Source: Octopus sinensis
Lineage: Eukaryota
Reading direction: 5' to 3'
Length of the DNA stretch: 64,000 bases
NCBI RefSeq assembly: GCF_006345805.1
Contig: NC_043007.1
Location: 7,626,001-7,690,000 of the forward strand
A program made the translations under genes and the position numbers. The notes below the pieces were generated by a model that did not search any database, was not told where the DNA came from, and worked only from the letters and a program-made list of their open reading frames with translations. Numbering within the stretch: the first letter of the stretch is position 1; every line of letters begins with the position of its first letter. Below are positions 1-15,100 of the stretch, piece by piece.

Positions 1-7
1 ATAGATA

Positions 8-2549
<2,542 letters not shown>

Positions 2550-2767
2550 TACAGTTTGATACAGCTCCATGCTCCTTAAAGTTTCATAGGCTCGTAAACG
2601 ATATCTAATTCTTAAGGCTTCAGCAACCGAGTTCACGAAACTTTAAGTTGCATGGAGCGGAATGAAACTGTTATTAAAACATTAAATGCAACTCCGACCA
2701 AATGTGTTCAGTTTCACTTTCTCTCGTTTGTCCACTTACTCATTATGTGCATGCATGTATGTATGTA

Positions 2768-3667
2768 CGAGGTGGTATCAAGGTTTCCGGACTAGTTCTG
2801 TAGCACGCCAGCAGATGGCAGCACACGGCTGCGTGCGCAGTGAGAGCTAGCAGTAGTGACCCTCATGAGGAACTGTGTGTTGAGTGACATCACTGTGTCC
2901 GCAAGTTGTGAAATTTGTATTTTTGTGGTCACGTGTCTGCTGTAGCCTGCGATTCTCTTGTGGACAGGAAGTTGGAACAAAGAGCCGGCGTGAAACTTTG
3001 CGTTAGACTCGCGAAGTCTTCTACGGAAACATTGGACATTCTTTGGCAAGTTTACGACAACGAGGCAACGTTTAGAGTGGAAAAGCGCTTCAAAAACGGA
3101 AGAACGTCCCAGGAAGACGATGAGCGATCTGGGAGACCTGCCATGAGCGTGAGCCCCGGAAATATGATGCATCGCGAACCAACTTCCCCAAGGCCAGACC
3201 GTCGATCGAAAGTTCTATGGCAACACGTTAAAGCGTTTGGGGGAGGACATTGGTCGACCCGATTTATGGAGTGTGAAGAATCGGATCCTTCACGATGCCA
3301 ATGCACCCTATCACTAAGCTCTCCTCACTCGTGTGTTTCTTGCCCAAGACAATATGGTGTCGCTTCCACATCCGCCCTATTCACCAAATTTAGCACCATC
3401 AGATTTCCATCTCATCTCCAAGATGAAAATATAGCTCAAAGGTCACCGTTTTAACACTGTTGTCATGATTCAGAGTGAATTACAGAAGGTCCTCAACTCA
3501 CTTAGGGAAAAAGACTTCCAGGCCGGATTCCAAAAGTGACAGGAATGCTGAGATTGGTGTATTGCTGCGCAAGGTGATTATTTCGAAAGAGATAATGTTA
3601 AAACTTAAGTAAATGAGTTATTTTTTATTGCACATAACTAGTCCGGAAACCTGTTCATACGACCTCG
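2768..3667 (+). mobile_element. Internally deleted mariner element
   Basis: ~30-bp TIRs (cgaggtggtatcaaggtttccggactagtt / aactagtccggaaacctgttcatacgacctcg), TA target duplication, transposase remnant EQRAGVKLCVRL..STET and a PYSPxLAPSDF-like segment. Confidence 0.85.
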
Positions 3668-3684
3668 TATGTATGTGTGTATGT

Positions 3685-3980
3685 ATGTAATAATAAAATA
3701 ATAAATAAAACATATGCATATATACATACATATATGTACGTACCTACATCTATATATATATATATATATACATGCATATATGGGTACAGGACACCAAAAA
3801 AACGTCGAACACAATGAGAAACGAAAACATAAAAACAAAACCATGGAAAGGGACTTTTTCCAAACAACAAAAAAAACAGAGTAAAAGACATACAACACAA
3901 GGAATATTCCCCTTCTTCAGCTGCCCCTGCTTCGTCTACTCCGTGTTTCGAAGGTAAGGGTGAGACACGACTTCGTTGTG
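3685..3980 (-). repeat. Dispersed non-coding repeat, inverse copy of 61800-62085
   Basis: Shared blocks ccttaccttcgaaacacg, cagctgaNgaaggggaat, gtgtcctgtac and gatgtaggtacgtacat. Confidence 0.75.
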
Positions 3981-4089
3981 TATGTTTGTATGTGTGTATG
4001 TTTTTATGTATGTTTCTATGCATGTTTCTATGTATGTATGTATTAAAGGCCTGTAATATGCAGGAGACTGACTGTCAGAGCAGTAGCTG

Positions 4090-4312
4090 TCATCGCTACA
4101 GATGGAGGACATATTCTGCATGAAGAACTTAAGCGTGCTGCTCAAAAGCGCACTGCTGGTGAAGTGAATAGGGAAAACTTAGTTTGTAATGTTTGCAGGA
4201 CTCACTAGCCACCAAGGGAGCCCCAAATGCAAAATATAAGTTTGTCCTAGAGCGCACACTGTTCCTGAAGGTCAGCAATGGTCTTCCTCGGTCACGAGTG
4301 GACGGCCATCAT
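4090..4312 (+). mobile_element. RTE-type LINE 3' end remnant
   Basis: Decayed C-terminal CNVC segment and a 3' tail (caatggtcttcctcggtcacgagtggacggcca) followed by (tatg)n; resemblance only. Confidence 0.4.
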
Positions 4313-5779
4313 ATGTATGTATGCAGAAAGGAATGTATTTGTGTGTATGTATTCGTCCAATTCAGTGCATGGAATAGCAGTAACATAGCAATAGAGATTC
4401 TCTCGCTTATTCTTCGACACTCTACGGAGTTTGCCAATGCAACGCTTTTAATAATCGTCTCTATCCACAAGATCTAAAATTTGAGGACGAGGACGTGTTT
4501 TAATTGATTAGATCGTACGCCAGTATCTGACTGGTATCTTATTTTATCCACCCTGGGACGATAAAAGGCAAAGTTGACATCAGCAAGATTTGAACGCGGA
4601 AAGGAAAGAATCGGAATAAATATTGATGGTGATGTTTGTTTATCCCTTGGGCAGCACTGACCGAACTGACCTGTATTCAAAATCATTTTAGTTGTCATCA
4701 TAACTTCTTGTTCGTATATATAGGACTGCATTATCTATTTCTGTTAATTAAATCGAGCTCCTTGGAAGCTCCCCTCCTGGGACGTTGTGGAAGGATTTAC
4801 TCTTAGCAGTTATATGTACAATTGTCTTCTCTTGAAACAATTATGGAATACGAAACTAAGAGGGAAAGTGAACAACGGTGACAATCAGTTGTTGCTTGAT
4901 CTGCAAGAAATAGCAGCCAAACTTGCCTCTTAGCATGTCCTGCCATAATGTTTTTGCTGTTTCTTAAGGACACACTGGCCAATGCAGAACTAGATACATC
5001 ATGTCTGAAAAAAGACGGGAAGAAGGCCACGGCTGGAATGCCATTACTCATAAGTCTCCTTGACCAAGTATGATTTGTAGCTAAACAGCGTATGAACACG
5101 TTGGTGCATGTCGCGCTTGGTTCGTAAAAGATTGGATGGTCACGGCTAGAAGGCTTTTGATCATAAGTCTATTGAATTAAGGTCGAGCGGAGCTACAAAA
5201 CTGAGAGGACACATTTGTTAACGCGGTGCTTGTACAAACAGACGGCATGGTCGTTGCTGGAACGTCTTTGGTCATAAGCTCTCTAAAACAGGATCGATTC
5301 AGGGTGTTAGCAAACGGAAATGTACCGTGGACAATGTAGAGCATGCCAGACAAAATCAGAGTCGACTCTGGGTCAATCGACACCAACATCAACAACAAAC
5401 ATTCATAATGGATTTTTTTTCCATTTTAAATTTTATGTGTATTGCGCATTATCGGCTTTCGATTTGTTTGTTTTTTCACTGAGGGCCTTCATATTTTTTT
5501 CATCGAATCAATGATGCAACACTTATGCAATTTCGACCGTAACTATAATCTTTCTCAGATATCATTAATGTGGTAATTGTTTTTCTTCTTCTTCTCATCT
5601 TTTCTTCCTCCTCCTCTTCCTCCACCTCCTTCGTCGTCGTCGATGTTGTCGTTGTTATCATTGTAACAAGTATGGAGGCTTCATCTGTTATTGAAGCCTG
5701 AGCAGAATACATCTTGGGCGCTCCCGAGCCACCGGCCCAGCATCCAGACAGCCTTTTCCTCACATGACATTAATATGCG

Positions 5780-7500
5780 CCGGAGTTTAGGCCTTTTGGA
5801 CGAGCGAGTGTAACGGGTGACACAAGTTCGTATAACTTAAAACAAGTTCATTGTGGAGGCAGTTTGAAGGTGAGATGAAAGTCTTAAGGCAAAGAACAGG
5901 CAAAGTCTGTTGCTGAAAGTTTGAAACCAGAATCTCAGACACGGGTGGTACAGAGAGTGGTGGTCGTCACATTGTAGAATTTGAAAATACCAGCTAGACT
6001 CGTGCCTCCTTTGTGTAGCAAGCAGTCCTACCTAGGTGTAACTCTACATCTCCGATATTGGAGGCAGGGTGAGGAAAGGAACCCTAAAATATGTGTTGTC
6101 CTCAATAAGCTTGGCATTAACTGCAGATGTCTAACCATCCAGTTCATTGCAGTCGAGATAAAGATAAAAATATAAAATGTTAATCTGTGGTTGTTGGAAG
6201 GTAAGAACTTTATAATATTGACATTGCTGTTCTAAATGAAACCAGGCTTGCGGATACAGGGGAATTAGAAGTTAGGAGTGGTTATACATTTTTGCGAGTG
6301 GAAAGCCGACAGATGAGCCAAGGTCTCATGGAGTTGGATTTGCCGTAAATTCGACTTTACTTCTAGCTTGTCATCCATAACCCTAATCCGTTGATGGAAC
6401 AGGAACGATAAATGCAAGCGGTTTTGCGACTGCTGTCTTTTTGTCAACAGTTAAGTCTAACTGACCATACCCAGTGTTCGGCGGACAGATGAATATAAAA
6501 ATACCCGGAAGCATCCTCGATCTGGCGACTGACAAGTGCTTGACTATGTCACATCTATGAGAAAGGATTGCAGTGATGTCAGTATCTTTGTATAAAGCAA
6601 TGATGGCAACAGTAATATCTAACTGTCAATGTTCAGAAGTACTTTCTGTTTACACTGGAACTGAACAGGGCTATGTACAGCTCTTGTACTTTTTCCCAGG
6701 TTCTTTTCGATGATGCTCTAACATATTTTTAAGGATTACCATGAAGGTGAAACACTTCAGTTTCGCACAGACAGAGGTGTACTAAACCTAAATGCGCAAT
6801 GCTTCAAGTGAAAGAAAAAAGACCAAGCAAGAGTATTCTATGCGACTTTCTGTGTGCTGATGATTGCGTTTCGGTTTCTCATACATTTCCAAGAATTTAG
6901 AAAACCATCGACGTGTTTGCCGTGGCAACTCGAGCATTTGGGTTGACTATCAGCCAGGTCATTTAAATATCTTGGAAGTACAGTAAATTTTAAGAGGACA
7001 CTTGATGACGAAATTAATGTTAGTATGTCTAAAGCTACGAGTGCTTTTGGAAAATTTTCCAATCGTTTGTGGGATGAACACGATGTCAGTCTAAAAACTA
7101 AAGTAAGTTTAAACAAACTCTTGTACGGGGCAGAAGTATGGACGCCCTGCTACAGATATATAAAGAAATTTGAAACTTTTCACATGCGCTCTCTACGCAA
7201 TATCTGCAAAATAAACGGCAAGATAAAATACCAAATGTTAAAATTTTAGAAATACCGAAAGTATGCTATCCAGAATTCAGTGCAGATGAGTAGGACATTT
7301 CATTTGAGTTCAAAATGATCGCATTCTGAAAATTCTTTAGTATGGCCAAGATTCCACGGTAAAGGAAGGTACGTCCTTAGGCATAAGGATAAGTTAAAAC
7401 AATCACTAAAATCTATACAGCTTAATTCAACATTTTGGGGAAAGTTATTGCGTCGATCGAGCTGAGTGGCGTAAAATGTGTCATGATTCATCTAATTCAG
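5780..7500 (+). mobile_element. Decayed RTE(BovB-like) LINE: APE endonuclease and RT fragments
   Basis: DIAVLNETRLADTGEL, HGVGFAV, LCADDC, FKYLGSTV and KATSAFG.....W....SLKTKV...LLYGAEVW in broken frames. Confidence 0.75.
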
Positions 7501-7665
7501 CGTTTTTTAAAAACTTTTTTTGTCGCTACTCATTTTATTTGTCTCGCGACCCACTAAATGATTAACGCTTCAAGACGAGCGAGCGTGTGTATATTTTTTG
7601 ATTGCCAGAGGTGTGATGACAACAAGTTATTAAAATTTAAACCAAAATTGTTTCAATCCAGTCGA

Positions 7666-7765
7666 NNNNNNNNNNNNNNNNNNNNNNNNNNNNNNNNNNN
7701 NNNNNNNNNNNNNNNNNNNNNNNNNNNNNNNNNNNNNNNNNNNNNNNNNNNNNNNNNNNNNNNNN
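7666..7765. other. Assembly gap (100 N)
   Basis: Run of exactly 100 N. Confidence 1.
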
Positions 7766-9180
7766 AGTTAAGTTCTTGCTTTTGGGGATAAATAATGTCA
7801 GATACTCTTCCTTACTCCTGTTTTTTCTGTGGCTTTAAATTCCCTATGGCTACATAAACGAAACGCGTCTCAAATGATGTCAGTAAGGACAATGATATGT
7901 GTGTGCATGTATGTTGTATTAATGTATGATGCATGTATGTATGTATGTATGTAGTATGTATGTATGTATTTATGTATGTATATGTGAATGTATGTAGTGA
8001 GTGTGAATGTATGTATGTATGAATGTATGTATGCATAATGTGATGATGTATCTACGTATGTATGTATGCGTGAATGTATGTATAGGGTGTCTAATAATTA
8101 TGGGACACGTTTTATTTGCAATAATGAGCCCAGTCGAATCCCAGTTAGTGCGTTTAAAATACGTCTCATCATTTCGACTGAGAAGCGGAAGTATGCTGAG
8201 CCTGTGGAATTTATGCCAAAGAAATAGGTGGCAGGTGCGTGAGATTCCATTAAGGTGTACTACAAAGGGTTTTCAAAGGATTTGTAGATCTTACTGGATC
8301 CAGTAAGCAGAAGGTCATCAGATGGGCTGTGGATGCAGCACAGGTTGTTTCAAGATGGAGTCAATCAGGATGTTCAATTCCTGCAAAGAGCAGTGCACCA
8401 GGAGTAGTAGTAATGCTAAAAGAACGCAAGATCGGGCTTAATCAACAGTGGATGGGTTACCTAGGTGAGGATGTCTGATTTTGAAAGAGCCGACGAAACA
8501 CTTAATGGACACCAGGGAAAAATCACTGATGATGTGTGGAAAAAGGTATGTCTATGTGTGGTGTGTGTTTGCATATCTACACGTATGTATGGTTAATTAT
8601 GATTGCCTCAGAAGTAGTTGACGACAAAAACCTGTTATAATAATCCTTCTCTTTTAAAGAAGAGAATAACAGATTATGATTGTTTATTGTCTCTATCACA
8701 AAAACTTCCACACGCCTCGCTTCGAAGGAAAAAAATACATGTCAGTCATATTTCATTGTGAGTTCGTTCTGTTTTAATGAAAAATTACAGTTTAAACTCT
8801 TTTGGGTGGCGTCTGTCGATTGATTATCGGAGAGAAGACTGCAAGACATACGCGTCAATCATTTGTTGCTTATTATATCTGAAATTGCTTCTGATTTGCA
8901 TATTTAATCTAACACAAAATAGAAAAAGATGTACGATTAGATTTACTTTTGGCTGGAAAACTTCACTTGTCTATTCCTATCCCTTGGTAATTACAAAAAG
9001 AAATAAAGCAAATTAACAGTTAATTATGAATATAATGCAAGATCAGGTTAGGTTCTAGGGCTTTAGGTTTAGGCTAGAATACTGGACAACTAAATGCTTT
9101 GAAGTTATGAGTTCAAATCCTATAAGAGTTAGTCATCTCCTTTTGGCAAATTGTTTTATTATTACGATATATATATATAT

Positions 9181-9219
<39 letters not shown>

Positions 9220-9233
9220 CATAGGTAGGTAGG

Positions 9234-9308
<75 letters not shown>

Positions 9309-9317
9309 GTAGGTAGG

Positions 9318-9383
<66 letters not shown>

Positions 9384-11183
9384 TGTTTCTTTATTAGCCA
9401 CACGGGCTGCACACAGATAGAACAAATTACACAAGGTAGAGCTTTTCTTTTGAAGGTTTAAAAAAAAAAAACGGGAAGGGGGAGTTTCGATCAAAAGGGA
9501 TCGTAAAAGGAGAGAAAGAGGACAAAAAAGGGGGGTTAAAAAAAAAGGGGGAGAGGAAAAAAAAAAATTGATCAATAGGGATCGTTATCACAGAAATGTC
9601 AATATGAAGTGTAAAGGGGAGGACAGGTGAGGTTACCCGTGGAAGAAAGCCTACGGAAAAGACCACGGTAACCTCGGTCAATGAAGTCACATTTTATATT
9701 TCTTTTTTTTTTTTTTTTGCAAATAAGCAACTCTCTGTTTTCGATTTCTGGGTTCATAGGACTATGCTCAAGGTGGCTTCGTCATTCAGACGTGTCATTC
9801 TTTGCTACATTCACCCATCTTTTTTTAAAACGTTCGCTAGACAAAACTTGCCTCTCTACTCTCACTTTCCTTTTCAAGTGGTACTTGAAGAAGTTGATGA
9901 GAGATTGACCAGAGAGGAAGTGTTTGTCTCCAATCCTTTCAGACGCGTCCACCAGATACATTCTTTCGCCATAGCCACAAGGATGATGAAAATAGCTCTT
10001 CCTTCCCGTTTGAAGGAAGGAGACGTGACAATATTGACGATATAGACTCAGCTGATAAACCGACTCGTCCCACACGTGACAGCAGTGTTGTTCGACATAA
10101 GCCCCAGGTCGGAAATTGTTGGACACTGAACGAGGCGTGCAGAACGGTTTCGTCGCTCTGACCGCATCTCGGGCAGGTCGGCCCCGTGTTTCTCGAGCCG
10201 TGTCTGCAGAGCTTATCCCGAACGGGTAGCGCTTCTCGGTAGCACTGCCAGGCCAGGGATCTCTGGAAGTGTGTCCATGGGCCCTGGCCCGAAAAGTCGT
10301 CCCGAACAGGCGGGTCAGGTACTCCTCGTCGACGTCCAGGTTCGCCCGAGCTCGTCGTCGTACTTCCCCTCCACTAACCCCTATAGAATGCTTTGGTTGT
10401 GTTGAAGTCACTTAAGGTCGACCAGGACGGCAGAGTTGCTTGAGAGCAAACGCGACACTCGCGGTGCCATTCGCCCTTCTCGGCCTCTTTTTGTCCACGA
10501 CTGCAGTTCGGTCATGGAGACGAGCTGCGGGAAAGCGTGCCTCACAAACGGCGACCACACCTGTTCACCGTCGTCTACATAGAGCCAGAGATGTCGCAGT
10601 CTCAGCGCGTGTCTGCGCATCATCAACCACGGCATGCCCAGCCCTCCTTTTAACGGGTTGTTGACAGCAAATGGATCGCCTGAACATCGGGACGCATCCT
10701 TTCCACAAGAAGCGAAAGAGGATGCGTTGTAGTTTGGTGATGTAGGGTCGGGACAAGGTATACGACGGTCAGGCGGGTAGTAGATGACGGACGCGATGTA
10801 CGTGTTCGCCACCTCCGCTCGACCTTTTAGAGACAGTTTCCTCTCGGCCATTGCCGGGCGAGAGAGTGACCACCCTACTCGTTATCTCGTTCCAGTTCTT
10901 TTCCACTTGGAGGTCCGGACCAAACCAGACCCCAAGCAACTCAACCGGGCCGTCGGTCCAGCGTCCCACGACGGAGGAGCTGGTGGACGGCATGGGCTTG
11001 TTTCTCCAGGTGCCTAGTCGCAAGCCCACTGACTTTTCCCGGTTGATTTTCGCTCCTGTCACACGCTTCGTAGTTTTTCAGTGTCTCGCCGACCAGCTCG
11101 ATGTGCTCGTGGCTAGACACTATGACGGTGACGTCGTCCGCGTATGCAGACACGCTCGTCCCGCATCCCAATTCTCGCGGGAT
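9384..11183 (-). mobile_element. Tx1/L1-clade LINE copy 2 (5'-truncated within RT)
   Basis: Near-identical to 51-1833 apart from scattered 1-bp indels; flanked by (GATA)n. Confidence 0.9.
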
Positions 11184-11218
<35 letters not shown>

Positions 11219-11270
11219 TAGATAGATAGATAGAAGAGGATAGATACATAGATAGATGATAGATAGATAG

Positions 11271-11313
<43 letters not shown>

Positions 11314-11395
11314 GTAGATAGATAGATAGATAGATAGAGGAGATAGATAGAGAGTAGAGTAGATAGATAGATAGATAGATAGGTAGGTAGGTAGG

Positions 11396-11425
<30 letters not shown>

Positions 11426-11426
<1 letters not shown>

Positions 11427-12258
11427 GTTTCTTTATTAGCCACACAGGGCTGCACACAGATAGAACAAATTACAAGGTAGAGCTTTCTTTTGAAGGTATT
11501 AAAAAAAAAAAAAAAAAAGGAAGGGGGAGGTTCGATCAAAAGGGATCGTAAAAGGAGAGAAAGAGGACAAAAATAAGGGGGGGTTAAAAAAAAAAAAAAA
11601 TTTAAAAAAAAAAAAAGGGGGGGGAAAAGGGAAATGATCAATAGGGATCGTTATCACAGAAATGTCAATATGAAGTGTAAAGGGGAGGACAGGTGAGGTT
11701 TACCCGTGGAAGAAAAGCCTGCGGAAAAGACCACGGTAACCTCGGTCAATGAAGTCACATTTTATTTTATTTTTTTTTTTTTTTTTTTTTTTTTTTGCAA
11801 ATAAGCAACTCTCTGTTTTCGATTTCTGGTTCATAGGACTATGCTCAAGGTGGCTTCGTCATTCATACGTGCCATTCTTGCTACATTCACCCATCTTTTT
11901 TTAAAACATTCGCTAGACAAAACTTGCCTCTCTACTCTCACTTTCCTTTTCAAGTGGTACTGAAGAAGTTGATGAGAGATTGACCAGAGAGGAAAGTGTT
12001 TGTCTCCAATCCTTTCAGACGCGTCCACCAGATACATTCTTTCGCCATAGCACAAAGGATGATGAAAATAGCTCTTCCTTCCCGTTTGAAGGAAGGAGGC
12101 GTGACAATATTGACGATAGACTCAGCTGATAAACCGACTCGTCCCACACGTGACAGCAGTTGTTCGACATAAGCCCACAGGTCGGAAATTGTTGGACACT
12201 GAACGAGTGCGTGCAGAACGGTTTCGTCGCTCTGACCGCATCTCGGGCAGGTCGGCCC
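11426..12258 (-). mobile_element. Tx1/L1-clade LINE copy 3 (3' ~830 bp)
   Basis: Matches 51-845; flanked by (GATA)n on both sides. Confidence 0.9.
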
Positions 12259-12297
12259 AGATAGATAGATAGATAGATAGATAGGTAGGTAGGTAGG

Positions 12298-12327
<30 letters not shown>

Positions 12328-12328
<1 letters not shown>

Positions 12329-12355
12329 CTTTCTTTTATTAGCCACACAGGGCTG
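12328..12355 (-). mobile_element. 28-bp 3'-terminal stub of the same Tx1-like LINE
   Basis: actttcttttattagccacacagggctg matches the terminus of copies 1-3 and abuts (GATA)n. Confidence 0.75.
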
Positions 12356-13154
12356 ATTTCGAAACGTGCGTCCGTAGATAACTTAAAATTGTATGATAGA
12401 TGCCGTCAATTCATCTCTCTTACCTGTTTGTGTCTGCCTTCCAATTGCTTGTTTTTACTGAGATCTCCCTTTTAGAGAAGAATAGCTATAACTCTTTGAC
12501 TGCTATTCTAAATTCGGTTTGGTAAGGCAATTCGTTGCTCTAAACCCTTTATTGCTTAGTATTACTTAAATTTTCCTCGAATGAGGCTTTTACATGCCGA
12601 AGACTACTTGGTGTAATTGATAATTATTCAAATTAATTAATTTCACCCTTCATCATTACGGATAACCATATTTTATCCAGTAGATGACCACAGCATCTTG
12701 TTTTGGCTACACGCGGGTGGGAAGGGGCTGGTGACACAATCTTTCATTCACACATTGAATTTGGTGATACTAGTTGCGGATTCTAGCTCGCTCTGATACT
12801 GAGTTGAGTTGGTGCCTTCTAGTATCTCAAAATTCAATATATAATCATTTATGATTATAGTATTCTACGCTGAAGAGAAAGAAGTTTTGGTAGGTAGGTA
12901 GAATTATTTAATATTTAATTCTTATGCTTTCCTAAAAACTTGATTTCGAAACGTGCGTCCGTAGATAGATAACTTAATTGTATGATAGATTGCCGTCAAT
13001 TCATTCTCTCTTACCTGTTTGTGTCTGCCTTCCAATGCTGTTTTTACTGAGATCTCCCTTTTTAGTAGAAGAAATAGCTATAACTCTTTGACTGCTATTT
13101 CTAAATTCGGTATGTGGTAAGGCAATTCGTTGCTAAACCCTTTATTGCTTAGTA
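12355..13154 (+). repeat. Partial tandem repeat (587-nt unit plus ~215-nt second copy); Penelope pseudo-LTR/retrozyme-like
   Basis: tgatttcgaaacgtgcgtccgtagata... occurs at ~12354 and 12941, with the following ~200 nt duplicated. No ORF; contains a hammerhead core. Confidence 0.75.
12864..12965 (+). ncRNA. Type I hammerhead ribozyme
   Basis: Stem I TCTACG(12864-69)/CGTAGA(12960-65); core CTGAAGA(12870-76); long stem II (GAAA/TTTC, AAGTTTT/AAAACTT, TAGG/CCTA, AGAATTA/TAATTCT); GAAA(12948-51); stem III ACG-TG-CGT; GTC cleavage triplet ending at 12959. Confidence 0.8.
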
Positions 13155-13259
13155 TATATATATACATATATGTTTTTATACCTACTACGCACTGCTCGAA
13201 GCTTACTAACTTCCTACACCTCGACCCTTGCATCTTAAAATTTCATATCATTAATATTA

Positions 13260-13333
<74 letters not shown>

Positions 13334-13439
13334 ATTGTTATTGTTGTTGTTGTTATTATTATTATATTCCGCCGATATTGACTTTGCCTTTTTGCGTTTT
13401 AGAGGTCAATAAATTAAGTACCAGTGAAATGCTGGGGCC

Positions 13440-14530
13440 GATATAATCGGATTAGTCCCCTCCCACAAAATTTCAGGCCTTGCACCGATTAAAGCATCCA
13501 TTTCCGGTTTTAAATCACTTTTAGTCATCCACAGCCATCTTTTTTCTCTGTCTGTCTTATCTTCAACATCCCTATGGAATTGGCTACGCATCATTTTCTT
13601 TACCCACCTATTTTCAGTTTCATTCGTTTTCAATTGCTTGTACAGTGCTTTATCTTTGCAATCTTGCATTCTACACAAACCTGACCTTCTTATTTCTAAT
13701 AATAGCAGTTCTGTTGCATTTTGTTTTTACATACCATGCTATGATGTTTTTTTCTGCTCTCTGATGTTGTGTTCACATCCAATCACTCCTCTTCCCCTTC
13801 ATTTTCTTGATACATACAGTCTGTCTGTGTCACTTTTTGGGTGGAGTGACCCATATCTAGTTAGCAACTTCTTTGTCTGTCTGTCTAAGCTGTTTAATTC
13901 GTCTACTGTCCATGCGATTACCCCTGTTCCATATCTAAGGAGTGAAACCGCCCAGGTGTTGATAGCTTCAGTCTTATTCCGTCTGTTTAATTTCGACTTA
14001 AGGATCAGTCTCAGTCAGCACAATTTCTCCAAATTAAATTTTTCTGTCATTTCTTTCTCTATCAATTTATCCATTTCCAATATCCTCAAGTACTTATGGC
14101 GCGTCTCTTCTATCTGCTTCATAACTTCCTCCCACGTTATCGATAGCCCGTCCATACATTTGATTTTGCCTCTCTTCAAGACTAACACACCACACTTCCC
14201 TGATATCAGCACTGAAGGTATACACTGTATCAACGAGGGAACTGACTCGGGCTTCATCTTTACCATAAAGTTTGAGGTGGTCCATGATTAACAAGTGGTT
14301 GACTTTTTGTTGGCGGCTTTTGAATACATACCCAGCTTTTGCTTTCCTCAAAATCACTGTTAGTGGTATCAAGCACATTACAAATGTCAGTGAAGACAGG
14401 TAGTCCTAAACTTCTATATGCTGTCAGTTCCGTCCTCCACTTTGCCATACTTTTTCCAAACAACCACTCAACATTCAATGCAATACCGAATGGGTTTATG
14501 CATTCCATAATCCAAGAATGTGGGATCATA
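13440..14530 (-). mobile_element. R4/Dong-like (RLE-type) non-LTR fragment A, RT region
   Basis: KVYDMIPHSWI, LIPLTVILRK..AGY, NHLLIMDHLKLY, KYLRILE and a downstream thumb region; (ATT)n at 13260-13375. Confidence 0.75.
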
Positions 14531-14760
14531 TCATACACCTTGCTATAAGACGGAGGTCCTGTTTTCAGCTGTGTTTGTTTGTTTGTCCATGGATAACATA
14601 TCTCAAGAACCGCTGGATGGATTTGGATGAAACTTTGAGGGATGTTTGGCCTCGTGACTGGCACGAAATGATTAAATTTTGGGATTCTGGATTATTATAT
14701 TTACTTTACAAGAAGTATTACGATCTTATATTAGCTTTCAAGTCTTTCTCCGATTATCTC
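14530..14760 (+). mobile_element. Possible non-autonomous DNA element (DINE/Helentron-like) interrupting fragment A
   Basis: (tgtt)n followed by atctcaagaaccgctggatggatttggatgaaactt, a motif I associate with such elements; ends not defined. Confidence 0.3.
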
Positions 14761-14859
14761 CCTTGAAATCACGCTCATGGTTTCCACGTAAGTTATGGCG
14801 GAGTTTCTGTTTCCAAAGTTTTATTTTCGTGAGTGAATTTGGTAGATGGAAACGGAAAG

Positions 14860-15100
14860 AATCCTGTTATGTATATATATGTGTGTGTGTGTGTGTGTGC
14901 TTCTTTGTCCCCATAACATCGCTTGACAACCGATGCTGGTCCCCGTAACTTAGCGTTTCGGCAAAAGATACCGATACAAAAAGTACTAGGCTTACAAAGA
15001 ATAAGTCCTGGAGTCGATTTGCTCGACTAAAGGCGGTGCTCCAGCATGGCCGCAGTCAAAATTACTGAAACAAATAAAAGAAAATAAAAGAATATAAACA
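14860..15100 (+). mobile_element. 3' half of the abundant tRNA-derived SINE (family 1)
   Basis: Shares gcttgacaaccgatgctgg...gtactaggcttacaaagaataagtcctgg...ccagcatggccgcagtc with the 40190-40400 copy. Confidence 0.8.

Noticed and set aside
4780-5400. Possible retroelement coding remnant
   Set aside because: No identifiable domain motif in any frame.
9113-12348. (YLSI)n, (YIHT)n and similar ORFs throughout the ORF track
   Set aside because: These are translations of GATA, ACAT and AT microsatellites.
12574-12615. Second hammerhead-like motif inside the 587-nt unit (ctcgaatga-ggc-ttttacat-gcc-gaagac)
   Set aside because: Both core strands need indel corrections and there is no valid NUH or stem I. 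Worth rechecking only after polishing.
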